Part shown: piece by piece, positions 39,601 to 48,700 of the stretch
Layout: each line of letters opens with the position of its first letter
Position numbering within the stretch: the stretch's first letter is position 1
Assembly: GCA_964016885.1 (NCBI GenBank)
Contig: OZ024744.1
Coordinates: forward strand, 44,764,001 to 44,828,000
From: Eledone cirrhosa
Lineage: Eukaryota
Reading direction: 5' to 3'
DNA: 64,000 nucleotides
Program-made: the position numbers and the translations under genes
The notes under the pieces: generated by a model
Seen by the model: the letters and a program-made list of their open reading frames with translations, nothing else
Told to the model about the DNA's origin: nothing
Database searches by the model: none

Positions 39601-40096
39601 TGAGGCTCTTGCACCCTCCACCCCTATCCGCTAATCCCACACAGTCCCAGCGTGCATCTAAGATCCCGTTCCAGTCGCCCACTAACACTAAAGAGCGGGA
39701 CGTTCCAAGAAAGGTCTCCAGACGCCGGAAGAAATCAGGCCGCCCTGCTCCTGTCGGGGCATAGACGGCCACTAGCCTGAAAGCTTGCCCGTCTCCGCTG
39801 GTCACGTCCAGCACCACCAGCTTACCCTCTGGGTCCAGGAAGATGGCCCGTATGGCGAGATCCAAACCTCTCCGAAAAAGCACAGCAACTCCTCCACCCG
39901 ATCCAGGACGGCTGGGAGATGCGTACACATCGTAGCCGCCGAAGATCGGTGCGAAGGCCCGTGCTTCGGAGATTCTGGTCTCGCTGATGGCCACTACATC
40001 TATGTTTAGTGACCTGAGGTCGTTGAGCAGGTGACCCTGCTTCCATGACGACCCCAAGCCACGCGCATTTATGCTGCCTATTCTGAGTGAGGTCAT
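36677..40096 (-). CDS. ORF2p: apurinic-like endonuclease + reverse transcriptase + C-terminal zinc finger (1139 aa)
   Basis: APE motifs SINARGL, ISETR, VYAP, GDWNG, YLDRVF and TDH. RT motifs KSPGLDG, FRPITLLNTEFKILAK, LDQSKAFDRVDH, RQGCPLS, YADD and GGLGMP. C-terminal CPRC-x8-H-x4-C. Typical Tx1/L1 architecture. Confidence 0.97.
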   Translation of the reverse strand: MTSLRIGSINARGLGSSWKQGHLLNDLRSLNIDVVAISETRISEARAFAPIFGGYDVYASPSRPGSGGGVAVLFRRGLDLAIRAIFLDPEGKLVVLDVTSGDGQAFRLVAVYAPTGAGRPDFFRRLETFLGTSRSLVLVGDWNGILDARWDCVGLADRGGGCKSLTNLLRRFELSDRYRLDFPNVPMWTWTNRIGSSRSYLDRVFCREIDRSSIGCPQFKIVSYTDHKFVICVLDLDRLHRRGPGYWKLNASLPARKAYRDRISELVKRALTGAIVNNKWWFALKRAIRIESIRFSKALAIEKNRAEGELVRKLDEALSKGIATDVLAAKLALDQFFNAKHEGCVVRARVRALRHEGTKAVQWARVAEARRGNKATIRSLVDHDGRMLLDPGQMCEAFQRHFAQLFGGSGGPGRGMDFSVYLDGLPRLSATEAKCCEKPITAAEVREAMTGCTRGKSPGLDGLPYELYVQMPDLFGGLLADVYCNWQQNGRIPSSVSRGAVALLRKDPNKGDNIDNFRPITLLNTEFKILAKVLAKRLALVVGGLVGEAQTCAIPDRSIHDNLHLMRYIVERVAREPGTGGSLINLDQSKAFDRVDHRYLAAVLRAAGFGPVFRGWIAAMHSDICSVVRVNGHLSEPFNIMRSVRQGCPLSSLLYVLTLEPLLHKLETLRGVPRELGCGRSVSAYADDVTVVVSNAKHIEAIGTTLREYEAVTGAMINQEKSVGLQLGTWRGRSMPSNSVVGRWTDGPVKLLGVWFGPDLQTDKNWDEVTSRVASLTQKWAERKLSLKGRAEVANAYIASVICYRLTVVPCPKPRLTALERLLFRFLWKGRAPMVRRSICCQHPLRGGLGMPWLMMRRHALRLRHLHLFLDGDQVWSPFARRVFPQLVSLTELQSWVKRRPRGSAWRLECLQALTALDQSGNVIGGNSTSAFYRGLVEGKSDDVLGETLGVDENQLANLFGRTFGPGPMDNFQKSLAWQCYRGALPVRDKLYRHGGAVSRACPRCAQGDETVLHALVQCPKIADLWVYVEHLLSRLGRIRLSSESIVRIAPPSSFSREGQAVFICLVAMAKEIVWWTRLKGLKTSTYLFGDALIDFFKFHLKRKIRVEREVLSSQHFVERWVREARMARVNGPTLSIYL

Positions 40097-40131
40097 GTTT
40101 AAAATAGAGTGGAAAAGATGGGAAAGACCAC

Positions 40132-42231
40132 TTACCGTATTTTTGGTAGAGGAGGGATGGTTTTTACATCCCTTTTCACTTGATCGTCTGGTGAAGGGAC
40201 CGTTGAATCGTCCCTTCGGCTGGTCGTCGGCTCTTCTAAGAGAATGTCTGAATATACTCTTCGATTAATGGTTCCTCCTAGGTCCCTGAAATCACCAACT
40301 GCGTTGGGGAATTTCGTTTTAATGTTTGTGTATTGTTTCTGTGCTATTTTTAGCAGTCTTATGTTAGTTGGCGTTTTGATTGGTGCTGGTATTATGTAGT
40401 CCTGTTGTGAAATGTCTGTGTGTTCAATTATGTAAGTCATTAGTTTCTTGTTGTGTGTGTTTATTGCCGTGCATTTGTTTTTCTGGGGGTGGGGTGTGGT
40501 TCTGCTATTTTCTTGTCGTTGTTGCTGGGTGTGTGTGTTTTGTTGTTGTGTTTGCGATGTTGGTGCTTGTGGTGGTGGTGTTGAAGGTGTTGTTGGCGGT
40601 GGGGTTGTCGCCGGTGGTGATGGTGGTGCTGGTGTGGGTGGTGATGGTGTTGGTGGTGTTGCTGCTGTGGGTCTCTTTGCAGTAGACTTTACCCTTTTCT
40701 CATTTCTTTCCTCCCTTTTCAAAGGCGACGATGCGCTGCTTCTGCGTTTGTGCCTTCTTGAGACCTTTTGCCATCCCTCTCCCACCTCACACTCCATGTC
40801 TGATTCTGTAAGGTCGGGGAGGGGTACCAGCTCCACTCTTTCACTTGTTGTTGTTGGTGATGTTTGCACTGGAGTCTCTGTTGCAGCTGCATTTGGTATT
40901 GCTGTTGTTGTTGTTAATATTTCCACTGCTGCTGCTGTCTTTGATTTCCGTGGAGTGGGTATGGGTGCCACGGACCTATCGTTCCTGGTTGCCGCTTGTC
41001 CTGTTGCTGGTAGCCGTGGAACCGGATTCGGGAGGAGGGGGGTTTTCTCCTTTCTCAGGGTCTTCTCGTTGCAGAAGGCCCTGAGGTGAGTCTTCGATCC
41101 ACAGCGAAAGCATTTCGGGCGTTTGCCCTCAACACTTATGGGCAGTTGAGTGCCGTTATCGAAGTCTATCACATCCGGGATAGCTTCGATGCACTCCTGG
41201 TTGGTTTGGATTAGCATCTCAATGGAGGAGCCGACCCAATCTTCTCTTACTTTTTTCTGTACTTGCAGTACAGTTGTTTTGTCCTCGATTCCGACGAGGA
41301 CAGACGCGGCCAGCCAAGAAGGGGTCATTCCGGGGGGGACGTGGGTCAGTTTGACCCTCACAATTTTTTGCCCGCAGTAGGAGGGCACCAACACCATTTC
41401 CTCGCTCCTTAGGGTCACTACTGATTGGGCCTTTGCCTCCTGGGGTGTGGCAAAAAGTACGTCTACGGTGGCGTATTTTTTGCCTCGGGTGATGTGCGTT
41501 TTCCTCTGCCACACAGACCCCAAGGCTTTTTGTATTTGGGCCTCTGTGGCTCTTTCCACCCTACGGGATTTTGTACTTACTGTACGGTACGTGACCGTAC
41601 AGTGCTCTTGGGTTTCGAAAAAATTTTTCGCTGCCTTGCAGATTGCTCGGTGTCCGTTCTTTGTCACCATCTTCTTCGCTTCCTCTAATTCCTCATTTGT
41701 TATGAGGATTGTTTCCAGGTTTTTCGCAATACCTGCAAATGAGATTGGTTTTTCTCTGCTGTTGTTGTTGTCGTCAGAGCTGCTGGTACTTTTGTTGTTG
41801 CTGCAGGTACTACGACTACTGCCTCCGCCGCTGTTGCTGTGGTTGTTGTTGGTGTTGCTGCTGCTAATGCTGTTGTTGTTTATGCTGCTGGTGATGCTGT
41901 TGCGGCTGCTACTGTTGTTTTCATTGTCACTGTTGCTGTTGTTATTACGGCTGCTACTGCTATTATTCCTGACGTCAGACGAATGAACTGGGTTTTCGTA
42001 TTTCCCGCACACCTGTTTCGTCGCTGTCGTCGTCGTCGTGGAGAAACCTTGCACGCTTTGCACGAGACTTTTCTTTTCTTTCGTCGCTTGCGAAAGAGAA
42101 GGTAGGGAGAGAGACACATTTAAAGAAGGGAGGGAGAGAGACAATCTTCTCTCTCCTGTAGTGATGATTGAGGAAGAAGAAGACGGAATGAGTGGGAGTG
42201 ACGTATGAAATTTTTTTTTTTTGGTAGCCAT
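40132..42231 (-). CDS. ORF1p: gag-like nucleic-acid-binding protein with CCHC zinc knuckle (699 aa from ATG 42231)
   Basis: Uninterrupted ORF upstream of ORF2. Ser/Asn-rich N-terminus, a globular (possibly RRM-like) region, CFRCGSKTHLRAFC (CX2CX4HX4C), GWQKVSRRHKRR and a Pro/Thr-rich tail. Confidence 0.93.
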   Translation of the reverse strand: MATKKKKFHTSLPLIPSSSSSIITTGERRLSLSLPSLNVSLSLPSLSQATKEKKSLVQSVQGFSTTTTTATKQVCGKYENPVHSSDVRNNSSSSRNNNSNSDNENNSSSRNSITSSINNNSISSSNTNNNHSNSGGGSSRSTCSNNKSTSSSDDNNNSREKPISFAGIAKNLETILITNEELEEAKKMVTKNGHRAICKAAKNFFETQEHCTVTYRTVSTKSRRVERATEAQIQKALGSVWQRKTHITRGKKYATVDVLFATPQEAKAQSVVTLRSEEMVLVPSYCGQKIVRVKLTHVPPGMTPSWLAASVLVGIEDKTTVLQVQKKVREDWVGSSIEMLIQTNQECIEAIPDVIDFDNGTQLPISVEGKRPKCFRCGSKTHLRAFCNEKTLRKEKTPLLPNPVPRLPATGQAATRNDRSVAPIPTPRKSKTAAAVEILTTTTAIPNAAATETPVQTSPTTTSERVELVPLPDLTESDMECEVGEGWQKVSRRHKRRSSASSPLKREERNEKRVKSTAKRPTAATPPTPSPPTPAPPSPPATTPPPTTPSTPPPQAPTSQTQQQNTHTQQQRQENSRTTPHPQKNKCTAINTHNKKLMTYIIEHTDISQQDYIIPAPIKTPTNIRLLKIAQKQYTNIKTKFPNAVGDFRDLGGTINRRVYSDILLEEPTTSRRDDSTVPSPDDQVKRDVKTIPPLPKIR

Positions 42232-42471
42232 GTTTTTTTGTTTAAAATGAAATTTTGGGTACAAAACCCCAATAACTGGTTATTTAACCCCGAAGGGCCA
42301 AATAACGGACAGAAAGACCCCTCTCACGAGGAGGAGGGTGTCTTTATCAACAATTTGGTTCAAGTTTTAAACAATTTACAATTGTTTTAACGGTTAAAAA
42401 TTACTATACCTTACAGAGCCGAGCCTCCGTCAACCATGGCATTCAATAATAATAATAATAATAATAATAAT

Positions 42472-45453
42472 GTTTTCTTTATTAACCACAAGGGTTTACA
42501 TGAAGTAGACATTAAGGACAGTACAGGACAATACAGGACGGTACAAATGGGCATTTCTGCGTGTAAAAAAACAGAGGATGTAATAAAATAACAAAGAAAA
42601 ATTACCCGATAGGGGGGGAGACTTCCGAGGGACATTTGTGGAGAAAGCCCATTAAAAGACCACAGTGACCCTGACCACCAGGGCAAGTGTCAGACAGTTC
42701 AAAACGCCTGAGCTGGTTGGTGAGACTCTTGCACCCTCCTCCCCTATCCACTAATCCCACACAATCCCAGCGTGCATCTAAGATCCCGTTCCAGTCGCCC
42801 ACTAACACTAAAGAGCGGGACGTTCCAAGAAAGGTCTCCAGACGCCGGAAGAATTCAGGCCGCCCTGCTCCTGTTGGGGCATAGACGGCCACTAACATGA
42901 AAGCTTGCCCGTCTCCGCTGGTCACGTCCAGCACCACCAACTTACCTTCTGGGTCCAGGAAGATGGCCTGTGTGGTAAGATCAAAACCTCTCCGGAAAAG
43001 CACAGCAACTCCTCCCCCCGATCCCGGTCGGCTGGGAGATCCGTACACATCGTAGCCGCCGAAGATCGGTGCGAAGGCCCGTGCTTCGGAGATTCTGGTC
43101 TCGCTGATGGCCATTACAGCTATGTTTAGTGACCTGAGGTCGTTGAGCAGGTGGCCTTGCTTCCATGACGACCCCAAGCCACGCGCATTTATGCTGCCTA
43201 TTCTGAGTGAGGTCAAGTTGAAAAGGAGTGGAAAAGATGGAAAAGACCACTTACCTTACTTCTCGTAGAGGAAGGACGGTTTTTCCATCCGTTTCACTGC
43301 TTGTGGCCTCCTCAGGAAGGATGTCCTTATAAATCCTCCTGGAGAGTGTTTGTCGGAAGTCTCTGATGTCTTTGGGGAATTTTTGTTTTAGTGTCGTCTA
43401 CGTTTTCTGTGTGATGGAGTGATTTGTATGTGTGGAGGTGGTGTGAATGTTTGGGTTGTTGTGTAGTCTTTTTCTGTGATGCTGGTGTTGTGTTGGATGT
43501 AGTGTAATAATTGGTTGTTGTTCAAATTTAATGCTGTGTAGTGTGTATCGTTTTGGTTATTTTGTTTTGTTTGCGTTTGTTGTTGGTTTGTTTCTGTTTC
43601 GCATTTTGGTAACTTTTATGGTGTAGGTGATCGTGGTGTTGGGGTTAATGATGGTGATGGTGTTGGTGTTTGGGGTGATGGGGTTGGTGATGCTGGTGTG
43701 GATGGTGGCCTATCTGTCCTAACGTTTTTGTTTTTTAATTTATTAGTTTCCCTCTGTATTTTGTTTTTGGAGGGGGAAGGAAGAGAATTTTTTCTTTTTT
43801 GGTTTCTTTTTTTTTTCCTGATACCGTTTCCCACTCCTCGTCGTCACAATTTGTCTCCAGTTGTGATAGGCCGGGGAGTGGAAAATCCTCCACAGGCGTT
43901 AGCTTTGGTTGTGGCGTGGTGGATGGTGTAGGCGCTGGTGCTAGTTCTGAAGCGCTGGGTGGTGGTGGTGTTGGTTTTGCTGGTGGTGGTGGTGGTGGTG
44001 TTGGTTTTGCTACTGTTGCTGGGGTTGTTGCTGTTATAGTTGCTTCTGTTGTTGCTGCTACAGTTGTTGCTGCCATCTCTGCTACTGGTGGTGTTGATGG
44101 TTGAGTCACTCTGGTGGGTAGGAAAGGTGGCCTCAACCTTTTAGCCTGAGGGCAGAAAGCCCTTAGGTGGGTTACTTCACCACAAACGACACACCTAGGC
44201 CTTCTGCCCTCGACAATTACGGTGAGGTGGCTGCCGTCAGTGAGGTCTATTACCTCTGGGATCTCCTCAATGCTTTTTTGGTCCGCTTGGATCAGGAGCT
44301 CCATCCCAGATCCGGACCAGTTCTCCTGCTTTTCTTTTGCTATTGCTATTATGTTTGTGTTGGCTTCGATGCCGGCGAGGACGGTCGCTATTAGCCAGGG
44401 AATTTCGATGGCTGGTGGAACGTGGGTCACCCTGATCTTTACGAGTCTCTGACCACAATAGCTTGGGACGAGTGTGAAGTCGTCACTTCTTAATGGGGCC
44501 ATGGAGTGTTCTCTAGCCTCCTCTGGTGTTTCAAAGAACACGTCCACGGTTCCATACTTCTGTCCACGTCTGATGTGGGTTTTTCTTGCCCACACATGTT
44601 CCAAAGCTTTTTGGATTTGGGACTCGGATGCTCGTTCCACTCGGCGCGATTCTACATTAATTGTTCGATACGACACGGTGCATAGGCGCCGATGCTCCAT
44701 TTTATTAGGTGGGGGATGATCCTGTACCCATCTTTCTTTACCATTTTTTTGGCATTTTCTAATTCCTCCTGTGTTACCGTAAATGCTTCGCACTGTTTTG
44801 CTACTCTGGCAAAACTCAGGGTGGTTTTTTTTAATGTCATTGTTGCTGTTGTTGTTATAGTTATTTTTGTTATTATTAACTTTAGTTTCAGTTGTGGTGG
44901 TGGTGAGGTCAGTGGTGTTCGGTGTGGAAGTGGAAGAGTCCATTTTGGTTGAAATTATTTCGACATCACGAGTTGATTTATTTTTTCCTTTTGTTTCTGT
45001 TGTCGCGGTGGTGGTGGGGGTGGGGGTTGTCGCGGTGGTGGTGGTGGTGGAGGCTTTAACACCTGCAGTCATTGGTAATGGCGGGAAATGAATGTCTGCT
45101 TGAGACAAATTTAAAATATTGCTACTGCTTATATTTTTTTTAGTGTTGGCAAACGCAGTAACATTTACAATGGTGGTGTCGGTGTGAGGTGTTAATTTGT
45201 GAGGAAGGCTTTCAGCTGCTTGGTGCAGAGGTGAATTAGTCATTTTTTTTTCAAAGAAATTTTTTGATAATCATAAAAGTTTAAATTTTGGGCACAAGGC
45301 CCCAATCTTTTTGGGTGTCCTTTTCGGAAAACAATGTATGTGCGCTTATATATAGTTAACAATAAAAATTTTCCATAAATGGCTATTTTTAACAAACGGA
45401 AATAACAAACCTTTGCGGAGCTCACGATGATACGATTTACTACGTAGGTCGCC
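42472..45453 (-). mobile_element. Tx1-type copy E9 (family A), internally deleted, both termini intact
   Basis: The 3'UTR is joined at 42688-42689 to the APE N-half, so about 2.9 kb including all of RT is missing. ORF1 43250-45243 has frameshifts. The 5' end GGCGACCTACGTAG abuts (AAT)n at 45454-45506. Confidence 0.94.
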
Positions 45454-45506
<53 letters not shown>

Positions 45507-45760
45507 GGTCTAATGATTACTTATCGCAATTCCCAGGAAACCCGCGTATAGGAGAAATACAAAAGATAGTACTAATGGGAACTGCCCATATACTAAGGAA
45601 GATTAGGTCAATATAAGTACATCACAAGTCTAAACACTAAATATGCATGTGTGAGTATGTATGTTCTTTCTTGAACATGGCGGACCTTGTTGTCTCTTGA
45701 GGTCACTAGTTGTGACTTGGTGATAACTCGTATGAACATAAGGCAAGATAAAAGCAACTG
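45507..45760 (+). mobile_element. 3' fragment of a second Dong/R4-type family (D4)
   Basis: Translates SNDYLSQFPGNPRIGEIQKIVLMGTAHILRKIRSI* (stop at 45614-45616), homologous to the D3 end LQKACLLGTARTLRYVLNI*. It has a different 3'UTR and (AAT)n on both sides. Confidence 0.82.
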
Positions 45761-45778
45761 TAATAATAATAATAATAA

Positions 45779-48700
45779 AATTTATTAACCACAAGGGTTT
45801 ACATAAAGTAGACATTAAGGACAGTACAGGACAATACAGGACGGTACAAATGGGCATTTCTGCGTGTAAAAAACAGAGGAGATAATAAAATAACAAAGAA
45901 AAATGCCCCAATAGGGGGGAGACTTCCGAGGGACATTTGTGGAGAAAGCCCATTAAAAGACCACAGTGACCCTGACCACCAGGGCAAGTGCCCTCTCCCA
46001 GTTTTCCACCTTTAATTTACAGACACATACTCAGAGAAGGCCCATTAATTCGGGCCATACTTGATTCTCTCACCCATCTTTCAACAAAATGCTGGGAAGA
46101 GAGCACTTCCTTCTCTACCCTGATTTTCCTTTTTAAATGAAATTTGAAAAAGTTAATCAGGGCATCACCGAAGAGGTAAGTGCTCGTCTTCAGCCCTTTC
46201 AAAAGTGTCCACCATACTCTCTCTTTCGCCATGGCCACCAGACAGATAAAAACTGCCTGCCCTTCCCAGGTAAAGGAAGAGGGCGGGGCAATCCTCACGA
46301 TGGACTCAGCTGATAGCTGGATCCGTCCTACACGTGACAGCAGGTGTTCGACATAAACCCACAAGTCAGCAATGCTCGGACACTGGACGAGTGCGTGCAG
46401 GACGGTTTCGTCGCCCAGCGCGCATCTCGGACATGCCCGGCTAACGGCACCTCCATGCCTGTAGAGTTTATCCCGAACTGGCAAAGCTCCTCGGTAGCAC
46501 TGCCAGGCCAGGGATTTCTGGAAGTTGTCCATAGGCCTCGGCCCGAAAGTCCTTCCGAAGAGATTGGCTAGTTGGTTTTTCATCGACGCCTAGAGTTTCT
46601 CCAAGTACGTCGTCGCTCTTCCCCTCCACTAATCCCTATAGAACGCCAAGGTGGAGTTTCCGCCGATCACATTGCCCGATTGGTCGAGGGCTGTGAGCGC
46701 CTGAAGACATTCCAGTCTGCGAAGCGCTCCCTCTCGGTCTTTGCTTGACACAGGACTGCAGCTCCGTCAAGGAGACGAGCTGGGGAAAGACGTGTCTAGC
46801 AAACGGCGACCACACCTGATACCCTTCGAGGAAGAGGTGGAGATGTCGTAGCCTGAGCGCGTGTCTGCTCAACATCAGCCACGGCATGCCCAGCCCTCCA
46901 CGTAGCGGGTGTTGACAGCAGATGGACCTCCTGATCATCGGAGCGCGTCCTTTCCACAAAAAAAGCGAAAGAGCAAACGCTCCAGCGCAGTCAGGCGGGG
47001 CTTAGGACAAGGCACGACGGTCAGGCGGTAGTAGATGACGGATGCGATGTACGCGTTAGCCACCTCCGCTCGACCTTTCAGGGATAGCTTCCTCTCCGCC
47101 CATTTCTGGGTGAGAGAAGTCATCCTGCTAGTCACCTCGTCCCAGTTTTTGTCCGTCTGGAGGTCCGGACCGAACCAGACCCCTAGCAATTTAACAGGTC
47201 CGTCCGTCCAGCGCCCGACGACGCTGTTGGACGGCATGGACCTGCCTCTCCAGGTGCCGAGCTGCTGGCCCACTGACTTTTCCTGGTTGATCATTGCTCC
47301 TGTCACCGCTTCTTATTCTCTAAGTGTAGTGCCGATCGCCTCGATGTGTTTGGCGTTCGACAACACTACGGTGACATCGTCCGCATATGCTGACACGGAT
47401 CTTCCGCACCCTAGTTCGCGCGGGATCCCCCTCAACGTCTCCAGTTTGTGCAGTAATGGCTCGAGAGTCAACACGTACAAGAGGGACGAGAGGGGACATC
47501 CTTGGCGGACCAAGCGCATGATGTTGAACAGTTCCGAAAGGTGACCGTTCACTCTAACCACAGAGCAGATGTCGCTGTGCATGGCAGCGATCCAGCCTCT
47601 GAAGACGGGCCCAAAGCCAGCCACCCTCAGGACTGCCGCCAGGTAACGATGGTCGACCCTATCGAATGCTTTCGACTGATCTAAATTGATCAAGGACCCA
47701 CCCGTGCCAGGTTCCCTAGCTACCCTCTCTACGATGTATCGCATGAGGTGGAGGTTGTCGTTTTGATCTGTCGGGAATGGCGCATGTCTGCGCCTCTCCC
47801 ACCAGACCACCAACGACAAGCGCCAACCTCTTTGCTAGCACCTTGGCCAAAATTTTGAAGTCTGTGTTTAGCAGAGTTATGGGCCTGAAATTATCTATAT
47901 TATCCCCCTTGTTCGGATCCTTTCTCAGCAGCGCCACAGATCCTCGGCTCACAGAGCTGGGAATTCTCCCGTTCTGTTGCCAGTTGCAGTAGTCGTCGCC
48001 AAGAGGCCTCCGAACAAGTCTGGCATTTTTACGTAAAGTTCATAGGGCAGACCACCCAAACCAGGCGGTTTACACCTTGTGCAGCCAGTCATTGCCTCCC
48101 GTAATTCAGCGGCTGTTATCGGCTTTTCGCAACACTCCACCTCAGTGGCCGAGAGCCGCGGCAGTCCGTCGAGGTAGACACTAAAGTCCATCCCTCGATC
48201 CGGCCCGCCGCTGCCCCCGAACAGCTGTGCGAACTGTCGCTGAAAAGCTTCACTCATTTTCCCGGGATCGAGTAGCATGCGTCCGTCGTGGTCCACCAAA
48301 GACCGGATCGTGGCTTTGTTGCCACGACGCGCCTCCGCCAGTCGGGCCCATTGAACGCCTTTCGTCCCCTCGTGTCTGAGAGCACGCATCCTAGCTCTGA
48401 CAACGCAGCCTTCGTGCTTTGCATTGAAGAATTGGTCAAGGGCCAATTTCGCCGCAAGTACGTCGGTCGCGATGCCTTTGCTAAGCGCCTCGTCTAATTT
48501 TCTAACTAATCTGCTCTATTTTTTTCTATTGCTAAAGCCTTACTAAACCTAATGGATTCTATTCTAATCGCTCTTTTAAGAGCAAACCACCACTTGTTGT
48601 TGACGATGGCCCCCGTCAACGCCCGCTTAACTAGTTCGCTAATCCGGTCTCTGTAGGCCTTGTGCGCTGGTAAGGACGCGTTTAGCTTCCAGTAGCCGGG

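Larger units (their letters stand above)
36428..42444 (-). mobile_element. Full-length, coding-intact Tx1/L1-type LINE E8 (~6.0 kb)
   Basis: 5'UTR, intact ORF1, 35-nt spacer, intact ORF2 and a 3'UTR with AATAAA. Pure (AAT)n on both sides (36374-36427 and 42445-42471). Confidence 0.97.

Noticed and set aside
37004-42105. Many recurring plus-strand ORFs overlapping Tx1 ORF1/ORF2
   Set aside because: Antisense shadows of GC-rich coding sequence. They recur only because the element is repeated.
36070-42690. LTR-like direct repeats around E8
   Set aside because: The repeats are 3'UTRs of neighbouring LINE copies. There are no TG...CA ends, PBS, integrase or protease.
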